DNA of 64,000 nt from Alphaproteobacteria bacterium. Its GTDB lineage: Bacteria > Pseudomonadota > Alphaproteobacteria > UBA828. Location of the stretch: NCBI GenBank assembly GCA_965220745.1, contig CBDCQT010000013.1:992001-1056000 (forward strand). Reading direction: 5' to 3'. The translations under genes and the position numbers were made by a program. Every line of letters starts with the position of its first letter. Position 1 is the first letter of the stretch. Shown here piece after piece: positions 1 to 9,722 of this stretch. Below the pieces are notes generated by a model, which ran no database searches, was not told the DNA's origin, and was given only the letters and a program-made list of their open reading frames with translations.

Positions 1-2
1 TG

Positions 3-1295
3 GGCGCCTCGGTAATCCTGATCGAGCAGTCCCGGATGGGCGGGGAATGCCTGAACACCGGCTGCGTGCCCTCCAAGGCGCTGCTGGCTGCCGCCGCGAG
101 GGGCGACGATTTCGCCGCCGCCTACGAGCACATGCGGGGAGCCATCGCAGCGATCGAGCCGCACGATTCGGTCGAGCGTTTCCGTGGCCTCGGCGTCCAC
201 GTGGAGCTCGGCAAGGCCCAGTTTGTCGCGCCACGGTTCTTGGAGGTGGGCAGCACCAGCGTCACCGCGCGGCGCTTCATCATCGCCACCGGGTCTGCGC
301 CGGTGGTGCCGGCAATTCCGGGGCTCGACTCGGTGCCCTATTTCACCAACGAGACCCTGTTCGACTCGGCGCCGGAGCCGACCCATCTGCTGGTGCTGGG
401 CGGTGGCCCGGTCGGGGCCGAGATGGCCCAGGCCTACCGCCGGCTCGGGGCGCAGGTCACGCTGTTCGAATCCAAGCGTCTGCTCGGGCGCGACGATCCC
501 GAGCTCGCGGCCGTCGTGCGTGCGCGGTTGATCGAAGAAGGCGTGACAGTCCACGAGGAGAGCCGGGTCACGGCGGTCGAGGCGAGCGCGGACGGCGGCG
601 TCACGATTGCCTGTGGCGAGGGTAATGCGAGTCGGCGGGTCAGCGGCTCGCACCTGCTGGTGGCGGCGGGGCGTCGGCCGAAGATCGACGGTCTCGGCCT
701 TGAGAACGCGAAGGTCGCGCTCAACGACGGCGTGCCGCTGGTTGACTCGCGCCTGCGCACGACCAACAAGCGCATCTTCGCGGCGGGCGACGTGGTGGGC
801 CCCTATCGCTTCACCCACACGGCGAGCTACCAGTCGCGCATCATCATCACCAACGCGCTGTTCCGGCTCCCGGCGAAGGCTCGCTACAGCGCGGTGCCGT
901 GGGTCACCTATACCGATCCCGAGCTCGCCCATGTCGGCATGAGCGAAGCAGAGGCGCGGAACACGGGCCACGAGCTGCGCATCCTGCGCTTCCCCTTCGA
1001 GGAGAACGACCGCGCCATCGCCGAGGGCGCCACAGCCGGGCTGGTCAAGGTGGCCGCGACGAAGCGGGGCCGGGTGCTGGGCGCCTCCATCGTCGGCAAA
1101 CACGCCGGCGAGCTGATCTTGCCGTGGGTGCTCGCGGTGCAGTGCCGGATCGGGGTCAGCAAGATCGCGCAGACGATCGTGCCCTATCCGACCATGAGCG
1201 AGGCGAGCGCCAGGGCCGCCGGCAGCTTCCACGCGCCGATGCTGTTCAGCCCGCGCACCCGCCGTCTGGTGCGCATGCTCGCCCGATTAGGGTAG
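3..1295 (+). CDS. FAD-dependent pyridine nucleotide-disulfide oxidoreductase (mercuric reductase/dihydrolipoamide dehydrogenase-like), 5'-truncated by window edge
   Basis: GGECLNTGCVPSK redox-disulfide motif, GGGPVG NAD(P) motif, C-terminal PYPT. No MerA C-terminal CC pair. Frame is open to the window start. Confidence 0.88.
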   Translation, partial: GASVILIEQSRMGGECLNTGCVPSKALLAAAARGDDFAAAYEHMRGAIAAIEPHDSVERFRGLGVHVELGKAQFVAPRFLEVGSTSVTARRFIIATGSAPVVPAIPGLDSVPYFTNETLFDSAPEPTHLLVLGGGPVGAEMAQAYRRLGAQVTLFESKRLLGRDDPELAAVVRARLIEEGVTVHEESRVTAVEASADGGVTIACGEGNASRRVSGSHLLVAAGRRPKIDGLGLENAKVALNDGVPLVDSRLRTTNKRIFAAGDVVGPYRFTHTASYQSRIIITNALFRLPAKARYSAVPWVTYTDPELAHVGMSEAEARNTGHELRILRFPFEENDRAIAEGATAGLVKVAATKRGRVLGASIVGKHAGELILPWVLAVQCRIGVSKIAQTIVPYPTMSEASARAAGSFHAPMLFSPRTRRLVRMLARLG

Positions 1296-1360
1296 TCGTC
1301 CTCCGTTCGCGGGCTCTATAGTCGGGTCGGCGAAGCAACAGGCGATCGCTCCGGGACGTC

Positions 1361-2803
1361 TTGGCTGGGTTTTCCCTTTCGGTGCTGTCGCGAGCCGCCC
1401 GCGGCCTCTCGGCGCGGCTGCTGGTGCTCACGATCCTCTTCGTCCTCCTGGGCGAGGTCTTCATCTACGTCCCCTCGATCGCGCGTCATCGCCTGGTCTT
1501 CCTCGAAGAGCGGATCGAGGCCGCGCGGATCGCGGCGCTGGCGGTGGAGGCGTCGCCGGACGGGATGGTGACCGAGGAGCTTCGCCTCGCCCTGCTGGAC
1601 CGTGCCGGGGTCTCGGCCATCTCGATCAAGCGGCCCGGCACGCGCCTGCTCGTGCTCAGCGACGACTTGCCGGTGACGATCGACGCGACCTTCGATTTGC
1701 GCGAGGCGACGCCGATGGGCCTGATTGGCCATGCGGCCGATGCGTTGCAGAACGGCGGCGAGCGCACGATCCGGGTGATGGGCAACGCGCCCGGCGATCC
1801 CTCCGACACGGTGGTGGACATCGTGCTGCCGGAGGCTCCGCTGTTCGCGTCGATGCTCGACTACTCGGGACGAATTCTATGGCTCTCGATCATTCTGGCC
1901 TTCGTCGTTGCGGGCCTGGTCTATCTCTCGTTGCACTGGCTCATGGTGCTGCCGCTTGGACGCATGACTGACAGCCTGGTCTCGTTCCGCCGCGCGCCGG
2001 AGGACGCCGCCGCGACCGTCAGGGTCAGCGGCCGGCGCGACGAGATCGGCCTGGCCCAGCGGGAGCTGCAAGTCATGCAGCGACGCGTGCGCGGGGCGCT
2101 CCGTCAGCGTGCGCGGCTCGCCGCCGTCGGCGCCGGCGTCGCCAAGATCAACCACGATCTCCGCAACATGCTGGCGACCGCCGCCGTCCTGACCGATCGG
2201 CTGGCGATGGCGCGCGACCCCGAGGTGCAGAAGCTGGCGCTGCCGCTGGTGGCCGCGATCGATCGGGCCATCACGCTCTGCACGCACACGCTGAGCTTTG
2301 CGACGGGCCGGCTGCCGGCGCCCCGGCGCGCGTCGTTCGCCTTGGCACCCCTGGTCGATGAGGTGCGGGCGGCGCTCCCCATCGATGACGGCTCGATCGA
2401 CTGGCGCAACGAGGTGCCGCTGGCGCTCACGATCACCGCCGATCGAGATCAGCTCTATCGGGCCATCAGCAACCTGACCCAGAACGCGGTGCAGGCGCTG
2501 GCTTGCCAGGATGGGGGCGGAACGGTGCGGGTTAGCGCGTGGCGCGACGCGGACGATACGGTCGTGGAGATCGCCGATACCGGTCCCGGCATCTCCGCTC
2601 CAGTGCGCGAGAAGCTGTTCGAGGCTTTTTCGGACGGTGGCCGCGACGAGGGCACCGGTCTCGGCCTCGCCATCGCCCGCGACCTCGTGCGCAATCACGG
2701 CGGCGACATCAGCCTCGAATACTCCGACCCGACCGGTACCGTCTTCAGGCTGCGCTTGCCTGACACCCCCGATCAGGAAGTCGTCGAACCGCAGGACGAG
2801 TGA
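1361..2803 (+). CDS. HAMP-domain sensor histidine kinase
   Basis: Two TM segments, HAMP (RRDEIG), H-box INHDLRN, N-box NLTQNA, DTGPG and GTGLGL G-boxes. Confidence 0.92.
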   Translation: MAGFSLSVLSRAARGLSARLLVLTILFVLLGEVFIYVPSIARHRLVFLEERIEAARIAALAVEASPDGMVTEELRLALLDRAGVSAISIKRPGTRLLVLSDDLPVTIDATFDLREATPMGLIGHAADALQNGGERTIRVMGNAPGDPSDTVVDIVLPEAPLFASMLDYSGRILWLSIILAFVVAGLVYLSLHWLMVLPLGRMTDSLVSFRRAPEDAAATVRVSGRRDEIGLAQRELQVMQRRVRGALRQRARLAAVGAGVAKINHDLRNMLATAAVLTDRLAMARDPEVQKLALPLVAAIDRAITLCTHTLSFATGRLPAPRRASFALAPLVDEVRAALPIDDGSIDWRNEVPLALTITADRDQLYRAISNLTQNAVQALACQDGGGTVRVSAWRDADDTVVEIADTGPGISAPVREKLFEAFSDGGRDEGTGLGLAIARDLVRNHGGDISLEYSDPTGTVFRLRLPDTPDQEVVEPQDE

Positions 2804-2822
2804 TCGGGGAGGATCGTCGGCT

Positions 2823-2971
2823 TAGAGCGTTTCCGTTATGCACGGAAACGCTCTGGTTTCTTTGTCGCTCACGGCAGCCGGCCTGCGGCCGGCGCCTGCG
2901 CGGGCGCGCCGCATAAGCGGCGGGCCGCAGTCGCGGCCTGTCGCGTGTCCGTCAAAGACGGACACGCTCTA
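2823..2971. mobile_element. 149-bp MITE/RIME-like palindromic intergenic element
   Basis: Terminal inverted repeats TAGAGCGTTTCCGT / ACGGACACGCTCTA (13/14 match). Each end forms a hairpin (2824-2854; 2943-2967). The right end supplies the ggt stop codon. Confidence 0.65.
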
Positions 2972-4711
2972 ATGGCCGAGGGCGATCCCTTCGCGGCGCG
3001 GGTCGGCGCCGCCTTCCAGCATTCCGTCCACACGGCGGATGGCGTGCAGGCCGCTCGTCAGGGGCCGGATGCGAACCTCGTGCCCCAGAACCTCCAGCGC
3101 GGGTGCGATCCGTTCGAGAGGGGTGCCCGCCTCCAGCTCGGTCGCGCCGTTCCGGTTGACATGGCGGGGCAGGCTGAGCGCGGCCTGGGCGTCGAGGCCC
3201 CAATCGAGCATGGCGATCACCGACTGGGCGACGAAGCCGATGATGCGCGACCCACCCGGTGAGCCGAGGCTCGCGACCAGTCGTCCCGCCTCATCGAAGA
3301 CCAGCGTCGGTGTCATGGAGGAGCGCGGGCGCTTGCCCGGCTGCACGCGGTTTGCGACCGGGCCGTGTTCGCTGGTCGGGGCGAAGGAGAAGTCCGTGAG
3401 TTGGTTGTTCAGGAAAAACCCCGCCGCCATGAGACGCGAACCGAAGGCGCGCTCCACGCTGGTGGTAAAGGAGACGGCGTTGCCGCGCGCATCGACGACC
3501 GAGAGATGGCTGGTGGAGGCGAACTCCGGCGCCGCCGCGTCGGCCCGCGCGAGGCCGTCGGAGCCGGGAGGGGCGCCCGGCGCGGCCTCGCCCATTGCGC
3601 GATCGGGGTCGATCAGGCCAGCGCGCCGGCGCAGGTAGTCGGGATCGAGCATGCCCGCCACCGGGACCCGCACGAAGTCCGTGTCCGCCAGGTAGCGATT
3701 GCGGTCGGCGAAGGCGAGGCGGCTCGCTTCGCTGATCAGGTGGACGGCTTCCACCGAACCGGGCTTAAGTGCAGCGAGATCGAAAGGCTCCAGCAGCCCA
3801 AGGATTTGCAGCAACGTCACGCCGCCGGAGCTCGGCGGCCCCATGCTGCAAACCCGGTGGCGCCGGTAGTCGCCACACACCGGCGGCCGCACCTTGGCGC
3901 GGTAGCCGGCGAGGTCGTTGAGCGCGAGCGCGCCCGGATTCACCGGATCGTCCCGCACGGCGGCGACGATCTCCGCCGCGATCCACCCCTCATGGAGGGC
4001 GTCCGCTCCCTCGCGTGCGATGGCGCGCATGGTTTCGGCGTAGGCCGGGTTGACCAGCGTCTCGCCGACGCTCTTCGGACTGCCGTCCGGGTCGAACAAG
4101 TAGTCGCGAGCGTTCGGAAAGCGCGCGAGATCGGGGTTCTTCTCGATCATGTATGCGAGCCGAGGCGAGATGGCGAAGCCACGCTCGGCGAGCACGACGG
4201 CAGGGTCGAAAAGATGGGCCCAGGGCGTGCGGCCGTGAGCGCGATGGACTCGTTCAAGCATCCGGACGACGCCCGGCACCCCGACCGGCAGACCGCCGAC
4301 GGCTGCCTCCGGCCACGGACGGGGTGTGCCGTCCGCGGCCAGAAACAAGGTCTCATCGGCGGCGGCCGGCGCCGTCTCGCGTCCTTCGTAGCTTTCCACG
4401 GTGTTCCGCGCGGCGTCGTAATAGAGCAGAAATCCGCCGCCGCCGATGCCCGAGGATTGCGGTTCGACCAGACCGAGCACCATTTGCGCCGCGATGGCCG
4501 CGTCGATGGCGTCACCGCCCGCTGCGAGGATGCGGGCGCCGGCCTCCACCGCTGCGGGGTGCGCCGCTGCGATCATCGCGTGGCTGGTGCGGGCCGGGGC
4601 GTCGGCCGCGGGCGCGGCAGCCGGCACGCTCAGGGCCGTCAGCGCGAGTAGGGTCAGCGCGGCCAGCCTCGCGAAGGGCCCGCACCGTGGCCTAGCAACT
4701 GTGGGACGCAT
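2969..4711 (-). CDS. ggt: gamma-glutamyltransferase
   Basis: EPQSSGIGGGGF, autocleavage site ST-SHLSVVD, PGKRPRSSM, GSPGGSRI. Start placed at ATG 4711 before a signal peptide; the longer track ORF runs into the tRNA. Confidence 0.95.
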   Translation of the reverse strand: MRPTVARPRCGPFARLAALTLLALTALSVPAAAPAADAPARTSHAMIAAAHPAAVEAGARILAAGGDAIDAAIAAQMVLGLVEPQSSGIGGGGFLLYYDAARNTVESYEGRETAPAAADETLFLAADGTPRPWPEAAVGGLPVGVPGVVRMLERVHRAHGRTPWAHLFDPAVVLAERGFAISPRLAYMIEKNPDLARFPNARDYLFDPDGSPKSVGETLVNPAYAETMRAIAREGADALHEGWIAAEIVAAVRDDPVNPGALALNDLAGYRAKVRPPVCGDYRRHRVCSMGPPSSGGVTLLQILGLLEPFDLAALKPGSVEAVHLISEASRLAFADRNRYLADTDFVRVPVAGMLDPDYLRRRAGLIDPDRAMGEAAPGAPPGSDGLARADAAAPEFASTSHLSVVDARGNAVSFTTSVERAFGSRLMAAGFFLNNQLTDFSFAPTSEHGPVANRVQPGKRPRSSMTPTLVFDEAGRLVASLGSPGGSRIIGFVAQSVIAMLDWGLDAQAALSLPRHVNRNGATELEAGTPLERIAPALEVLGHEVRIRPLTSGLHAIRRVDGMLEGGADPRREGIALGH

Positions 4712-4767
4712 CGCTGGCCCCGACCGCTTGACGCGGCACCGGCGCTTCACTAAGTGAAGCCGGCGGC

Positions 4768-4845
<78 letters not shown>

Positions 4846-5131
4846 TTTGCCTCCCTCGAATTGCTCAAAGCCCCGGCCTGAGTGGTCGGCGTGCCCACGC
4901 CGCAGCGGCATAATGCGGCGGCCTACTCCAGCTATGCAAAATTCGGCTGCCATGTACGCTTGCCAAGCGACCGCAGGTATAGCAGCGTGTCGTACCGGCC
5001 GTTGGCTCATCAGCGTCTCAGCATTGGGCGGAGGGTGACGACGGAGCCACGGCGGTAGAGGCCACGCGGGAATGGCTTCGGCCAGCGCGACAACATGCCC
5101 GCACGGCCTCCTATTGAGCGGGGACCAAAGA

Positions 5132-5554
5132 GTGAGCGCGCATCTTACCCTCAACATGGAAGCGCATCTCGACGAAATCGAGCGTATTCGCGCGGCGGTC
5201 AGGATCTTGTCGCAAGCCGAATCCTGGCCTCCCGAGCTCCTGTTTCAAATCGAGCTCGTGCTCGAAGAGATCGGCACCAACATCATAAAGTACGGTCAGG
5301 ACGGTGAGAGGGAGACGGACATCGATATCACCCTGACCTCCGACCGCAAGTCTCTAACCCTGGAGATCACCGACAACGGCAAGCCGTTCGATCCGTTTGC
5401 CGATGCACCGCCACCGGATCTCGACTCGGCGGTCCCGGACCGCCCGATCGGCGGGCTCGGCGTCTATCTCGTGCGCGAGTTGATGGACGAGGCCAGCTAC
5501 CGGCACGAGGATGGCAAGAACAAGGTAACCCTCGTCAAGCACAAGTCGCTATGA
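5132..5554 (+). CDS. RsbW/SpoIIAB-like anti-sigma factor Ser/Thr kinase (HATPase_c_2)
   Basis: LVLEEIGTNIIKYG, DNGKPFDP, RPIGGLGVYLVRELMD motifs. GTG start after a purine-rich RBS. Confidence 0.88.
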   Translation: MSAHLTLNMEAHLDEIERIRAAVRILSQAESWPPELLFQIELVLEEIGTNIIKYGQDGERETDIDITLTSDRKSLTLEITDNGKPFDPFADAPPPDLDSAVPDRPIGGLGVYLVRELMDEASYRHEDGKNKVTLVKHKSL

Positions 5555-5655
5555 CGCGCTCGCGGTACCTCCCCGGTGCGCCGCCGACGGCGGTTACTGC
5601 GGCGCAGGCCTCAGTGCTCTGAACCCGTACCGGGGGCGGCGCGCGGTCCCCGCCC

Positions 5656-6819
5656 GTGGATAATGTGGCGATGCTCTGGAGCGCGCTCGTGGCGGCGGGT
5701 GCGGCTCTCTGGCTCTGCGTTCTGCTGCTGCCATGGCAACCCTGGCGCGTGCGGGAGCGGCTCGAGCCGGAGCCCGGCCACGATGGTGCGGATATCGGTC
5801 TCGAAGACGTGACAGTGCTGATTCCGGCGCGCGACGAGGCGGCCGTGATCGGCGATACGCTGGCGGTGCTGGGGCGGCAGGGGCGGGGCTTGCGCGTGGT
5901 GCTGGTCGACGACCGCTCCGGCGACGACACGGCAAGGATCGCGCGGCAGGCCGCGCCGGACTCGCTGACCCTCGATATTCACACCGGCGCGCCGCTGGCC
6001 GAGGGCTGGACCGGCAAGCTCTGGGCCCTGGAGCAGGGGCGGCGCCGGATCGAGACCCCGCTCACCCTCCTGCTCGATGCCGACATCACGCTCCGGCCGG
6101 GAATGATCCAGGCACTGCTCGCCAAGAAGTTGGAGAGCGGCGCGGCGCTCGTCTCGGTCATGGCGGCGCTCAGGATGCGGGGAGGCTGGGAGAAGCTGCT
6201 GCTGCCCGCCTTCATCTTCTTCTTTCGCCTGCTTTACCCGTTCCACCTGTCGAACGGCCCCGGCCGGCGGGTCACCGCGGCGGCCGGCGGCTGCGTGCTG
6301 GTGGAGACCTCGGTGCTTGCCCAAATCGGCGGCTTCGAGGCGATTCGGGGCGCGCTCATCGACGACTGCGCGTTGGCGCGGGCGGTCAAGGACGCCGGAC
6401 GACGGACCTGGATCGGTGTGAGCCGCGGGGCGGAAAGTCACCGGACCTATCCGACCCTCGGGGTCGTGTGGCGCATGGTTGCCCGCACCGCGTACACGCA
6501 GCTGCGCTATTCGCCCGTGCTATTGCTGCTCTGCACGCTGCTCATGGCGCTCATGTTTTGGGCACCGCTTATTGGCCTCGGCGGGCCGCTCGCTGCGCAA
6601 ATCGCCGGCGCCGCCGGGCTCGCGGCGATGGCGGCCTGCTACCTGCCGACGATCCGGTACTACCGCCTCTCGCCCGCGTGGGCATTGACGATGCCGCTGA
6701 TCGGCACGCTCTACCTCGCCATGACCTGGCATTCGGCGCTGCGCGATTGGGGTGGGCAGCGGAGCGAATGGAAGGGCCGAGTCTACGGGCGGCGGCCGGA
6801 AGGCGGCGCGGCGGGGTAG
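5656..6819 (+). CDS. hpnB: Hopanoid-associated glycosyltransferase family 2 (HpnB-like)
   Basis: IPARDEA, VDDRSGDDT, GWTGKLWALEQG, LIDDCALA, MVARTAYTQL and terminal WKGR motifs. Confidence 0.75.
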   Translation: MDNVAMLWSALVAAGAALWLCVLLLPWQPWRVRERLEPEPGHDGADIGLEDVTVLIPARDEAAVIGDTLAVLGRQGRGLRVVLVDDRSGDDTARIARQAAPDSLTLDIHTGAPLAEGWTGKLWALEQGRRRIETPLTLLLDADITLRPGMIQALLAKKLESGAALVSVMAALRMRGGWEKLLLPAFIFFFRLLYPFHLSNGPGRRVTAAAGGCVLVETSVLAQIGGFEAIRGALIDDCALARAVKDAGRRTWIGVSRGAESHRTYPTLGVVWRMVARTAYTQLRYSPVLLLLCTLLMALMFWAPLIGLGGPLAAQIAGAAGLAAMAACYLPTIRYYRLSPAWALTMPLIGTLYLAMTWHSALRDWGGQRSEWKGRVYGRRPEGGAAG

Positions 6820-6879
6820 GGTGGGCGCCAGCGTGCGGCTTGCTTGACGCGCTTAGGCCGGCGTGTCAGCACGGGGCCC

Positions 6880-7200
6880 ATGTCGCAACCAGCGGAGCAA
6901 CGGCCGGATTCGGCGTGTAAGCTCGTGCGTCTAGCCGAGACCGAGCGGCCGAGAATCACGATCTATCACGACGGGCGGCCGCTGGAAGCGCTCACCGGCG
7001 ACACGCTGTTGACCGCGCTGCTCTGCAACGGGGTCGCGCTCCGGCGCAACGAGTTCGACGGGGGCTTGCGCGCCGGATTTTGCAACATGGGTGCGTGCCA
7101 GGACTGCTGGGTCGCGCTTGAGGACGGGCGCCGCCTCCGCGCCTGCACCACGGAGGTGCAGGACGGCATGCGCGTGCGCGTGCCGGAGAGCGTTTCTTGA
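6880..7200 (+). CDS. (2Fe-2S)-binding subunit of opine oxidase/HCN synthase-type complex
   Basis: FCNMGACQDC...RAC cysteine motif; first gene of a translationally coupled triad. Confidence 0.85.
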   Translation: MSQPAEQRPDSACKLVRLAETERPRITIYHDGRPLEALTGDTLLTALLCNGVALRRNEFDGGLRAGFCNMGACQDCWVALEDGRRLRACTTEVQDGMRVRVPESVS

Positions 7201-8600
7201 GTGGCAATAAGCCTACGGTGCTCGTGGTCGGTGCGGGCCCGGCGGGCACGCGAGCGGCGGAGATGCTGGTCGCGCACGGCGTAGCGCCAGTGGTGGTCGA
7301 CGAGAACGCGCGGAGCGGCGGGCAGATCTATCGCCGGCCACCGCAGGGCTTCAAGCGCCCGGCCGCCGCGCTCTACGGCTTCGAGGCGCGCAAGGCGCAG
7401 GCGGTGCACGCGGCGCTCGACGGCTTGCGGCAGCGCATCGACTACCGCCCCGACACCATGATCTGGAACATCGAGGGCGGCGTCGCCCAGGCGCTCGGAC
7501 CGGACGGCATCGAGCGGATCGCCTTCGATGCGCTCATCCTCGCCACCGGGGCCATGGACCGGGTGATCCCGTTTCCGGGCTGGACGCTGCCCGGCGTGTT
7601 CACCATGGGGGGCTCGCAGGTCGCGCTGAAGGCGCAGGGCTGCGCCATTGGCGATCCAGTGGTCTTCATGGGCACCGGGCCGCTGCTCTACCTCGTGGCC
7701 TACCAGTACGCCCACGCAGGCGCGCGCGTGGCGGCGGTGCTGGACACGTCCCACTTGTCCCAGGCGATCCCGGTGTTTCCCGGCCTGCTGTGGGGCGGGC
7801 GGACCTTCGCCAAGGGGCTCTGGTACATGACCTGGCCGCGCACGGCGGGAATCCCGGTGCGGCGCGGCATCACGCCGGTGGCGGCCGAGGGCGAGGCGGC
7901 GCTGGAGGCCGTGCGCTATCGCGACCGGCGCGGGCGTGAGCACCGCATCGCCTGCACCGGGCTCGGCATTGGCTACAGCGTCAAGTCCGAGGTGCAGCTC
8001 GCCGAGCTTGCGGGCTGCGAGATGGCCTTCGACCCGCTGGCGCAGCAATGGCTGCCGCAGGCGGACGAGGACGGCCGGGCGCTCTCGGGCTCGGTCTATC
8101 TCGCAGGCGACGGCGCCGGAGTGGCCGGTGCTGATGCGGCGGAGGTGCGCGGCCGGCTCGCGGCGCTCGCCCTGCTCGCCGACAAGGGCATCGCGGCGGA
8201 TCGTGGGCTACAGGCGAGGCAGCGGGCCAAGCTCCGGCGCATCATGCGCTTTCGCGACGCGCTGGAACGGGCCATGCCGACGCCCTTCCATATGGCGCGG
8301 ACGCTCCCGGACGAGACCGTGATCTGCCGCTGCGAGGCGATCACCGCCGGCGAGATTCGCCAGGGCCGGGCGCTGGATCCGGCGGAGATGAACCGGGCCA
8401 AGGCGTTCACGCGTGTCGGCATGGGGCGCTGCCAGGGCCGCGTGTGCGGCCCCGCCGCGGCCCAGATCCTCGCCGCCGCGCGCGGCTGCGGGGTGGAGGA
8501 GGTGGGCCGACTGCGGGGTCAGGCGCCGGTCAAGCCGCTCGCCATTCGTGCGGGCGCCGAGGCGGCGGTCGAGGATCGCGCACGGGCGGCCTCCATATGA
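7197..8600 (+). CDS. FAD/NAD(P)-dependent oxidoreductase, opine oxidase subunit A / HcnB-like
   Basis: VVGAGPAG, ILATGA, C-terminal CRCE...GMGRCQGRVC BFD-like cluster. Confidence 0.85.
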   Translation: MSGNKPTVLVVGAGPAGTRAAEMLVAHGVAPVVVDENARSGGQIYRRPPQGFKRPAAALYGFEARKAQAVHAALDGLRQRIDYRPDTMIWNIEGGVAQALGPDGIERIAFDALILATGAMDRVIPFPGWTLPGVFTMGGSQVALKAQGCAIGDPVVFMGTGPLLYLVAYQYAHAGARVAAVLDTSHLSQAIPVFPGLLWGGRTFAKGLWYMTWPRTAGIPVRRGITPVAAEGEAALEAVRYRDRRGREHRIACTGLGIGYSVKSEVQLAELAGCEMAFDPLAQQWLPQADEDGRALSGSVYLAGDGAGVAGADAAEVRGRLAALALLADKGIAADRGLQARQRAKLRRIMRFRDALERAMPTPFHMARTLPDETVICRCEAITAGEIRQGRALDPAEMNRAKAFTRVGMGRCQGRVCGPAAAQILAAARGCGVEEVGRLRGQAPVKPLAIRAGAEAAVEDRARAASI

Positions 8601-9712
8601 GCGAGTCGCGGACCGACGTGGTCATCGTCGGCGGCGGGCTGGTCGGCTGCGCCGCCGCGCTGCGCCTGCGCGAGCGGGGCGCGAGCGTCGCCGTGGTGGA
8701 GAAGAACCAGCTCGGCGCGGCGGCGAGCGGGGTCAATTTCGGGGGCGTCCGGCGCAACGGGCGGAAGCTCGCGGAGCTGCCCATCGCGGCGCGCGCCATC
8801 GCCGTCTGGAAGCGCTTGCCGGAGCTGGTGGGGAGCGACTGCGAGTACGCGATCACCGGCAACATCAAGGTGGCGCGCAACGAGGCGGACCTGGACCGGA
8901 TCGCGGCCCACGCCGAGGCGCAAGGCGAGCACGGGGTCGAGGTCCACATGCTGGGCCGCAACACGCTGCGCGACCGCTACCCCTGGCTCGGCGAGAGCGC
9001 CCTGGGCGCCGCCTACTGCCCGAGCGACGGGCAGGCCAACCCGCGCCTGGTGGGCCCGGCCTTCGCGCGGGCGGCGCGTGCGGCGGGCGCCGAGCTGATC
9101 GAGCTCGACGGCGCGAAGCACGTGGCGCGCGACGGCGGCGGCTTCGTGGTCGAGACCGAATCCGGGCGCACGCTGCGCGGGGGCACGCTGATCAACAGCT
9201 CCGGCGCCTGGGGCGCGCGGCTCGCGGCGCGCTTCGGCGAGCAGGTCGAGATCTGGCCCATGGAGCCGCAGATGATCGTCACCGAGCCCGCGCCCTACTT
9301 CATGGTGCCGGTGCTCGCCGTGATGGGCGGCGATGTGTACGCGCGGCAAATCCCGCGCGGCAACGTCATCTTCGGCGGGCGCAGCGGAACGGCCGATCTC
9401 GACGTGGGCTTCGGCAAGGTCAGCGCCGAGGAGAGCCTGACCACGCTGGCGCGAACCATCGACATCATCCCCCGCATCGCCGATCTCTCCGTGATCCGCT
9501 TCTGGAGCGGGGTGGAAGGCTGCACGCCGGACCACCTGCCGGTGCTCTGTCCGAGCCGGACCACGCCGGGCCTTGTCCATGCCTTCGGCTTCAGCGGGCA
9601 TGGGTTCTGCCTAGGGCCGGCGTCCGGCGCGGTGGCGGCCGAATTGGCTCTCGACGGCCGCACAGAGACGCCCATCGAGGGCTTCGACATCGGCCGCTTC
9701 GCGGAGGCGTAG
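8597..9712 (+). CDS. FAD-dependent oxidoreductase (DAO family), opine oxidase subunit B / HcnC-like
   Basis: VIVGGGLVG, ASGVNFGG, GFSGHGF. ATGA overlap with the upstream stop. Confidence 0.85.
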   Translation: MSESRTDVVIVGGGLVGCAAALRLRERGASVAVVEKNQLGAAASGVNFGGVRRNGRKLAELPIAARAIAVWKRLPELVGSDCEYAITGNIKVARNEADLDRIAAHAEAQGEHGVEVHMLGRNTLRDRYPWLGESALGAAYCPSDGQANPRLVGPAFARAARAAGAELIELDGAKHVARDGGGFVVETESGRTLRGGTLINSSGAWGARLAARFGEQVEIWPMEPQMIVTEPAPYFMVPVLAVMGGDVYARQIPRGNVIFGGRSGTADLDVGFGKVSAEESLTTLARTIDIIPRIADLSVIRFWSGVEGCTPDHLPVLCPSRTTPGLVHAFGFSGHGFCLGPASGAVAAELALDGRTETPIEGFDIGRFAEA

Positions 9713-9722
9713 CCCGAGGGGC

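Noticed and set aside
3-1295. merA mercury-resistance locus
   Set aside because: No C-terminal Cys-Cys pair and no mer genes in view; this looks like the common chromosomal merA-like oxidoreductase.
4846-5131. Genomic island integrated at tRNA-His
   Set aside because: No integrase and no duplicated tRNA 3' end found in the window.
5656-6819. Hopanoid biosynthesis cluster
   Set aside because: Only an isolated hpnB-like gene and a distant HpnA-like SDR; no shc or hpnCDE in the window.
6880-9712. hcnABC cyanide synthase
   Set aside because: The architecture is shared with opine and D-amino-acid dehydrogenases; nothing specific supports HCN synthesis.
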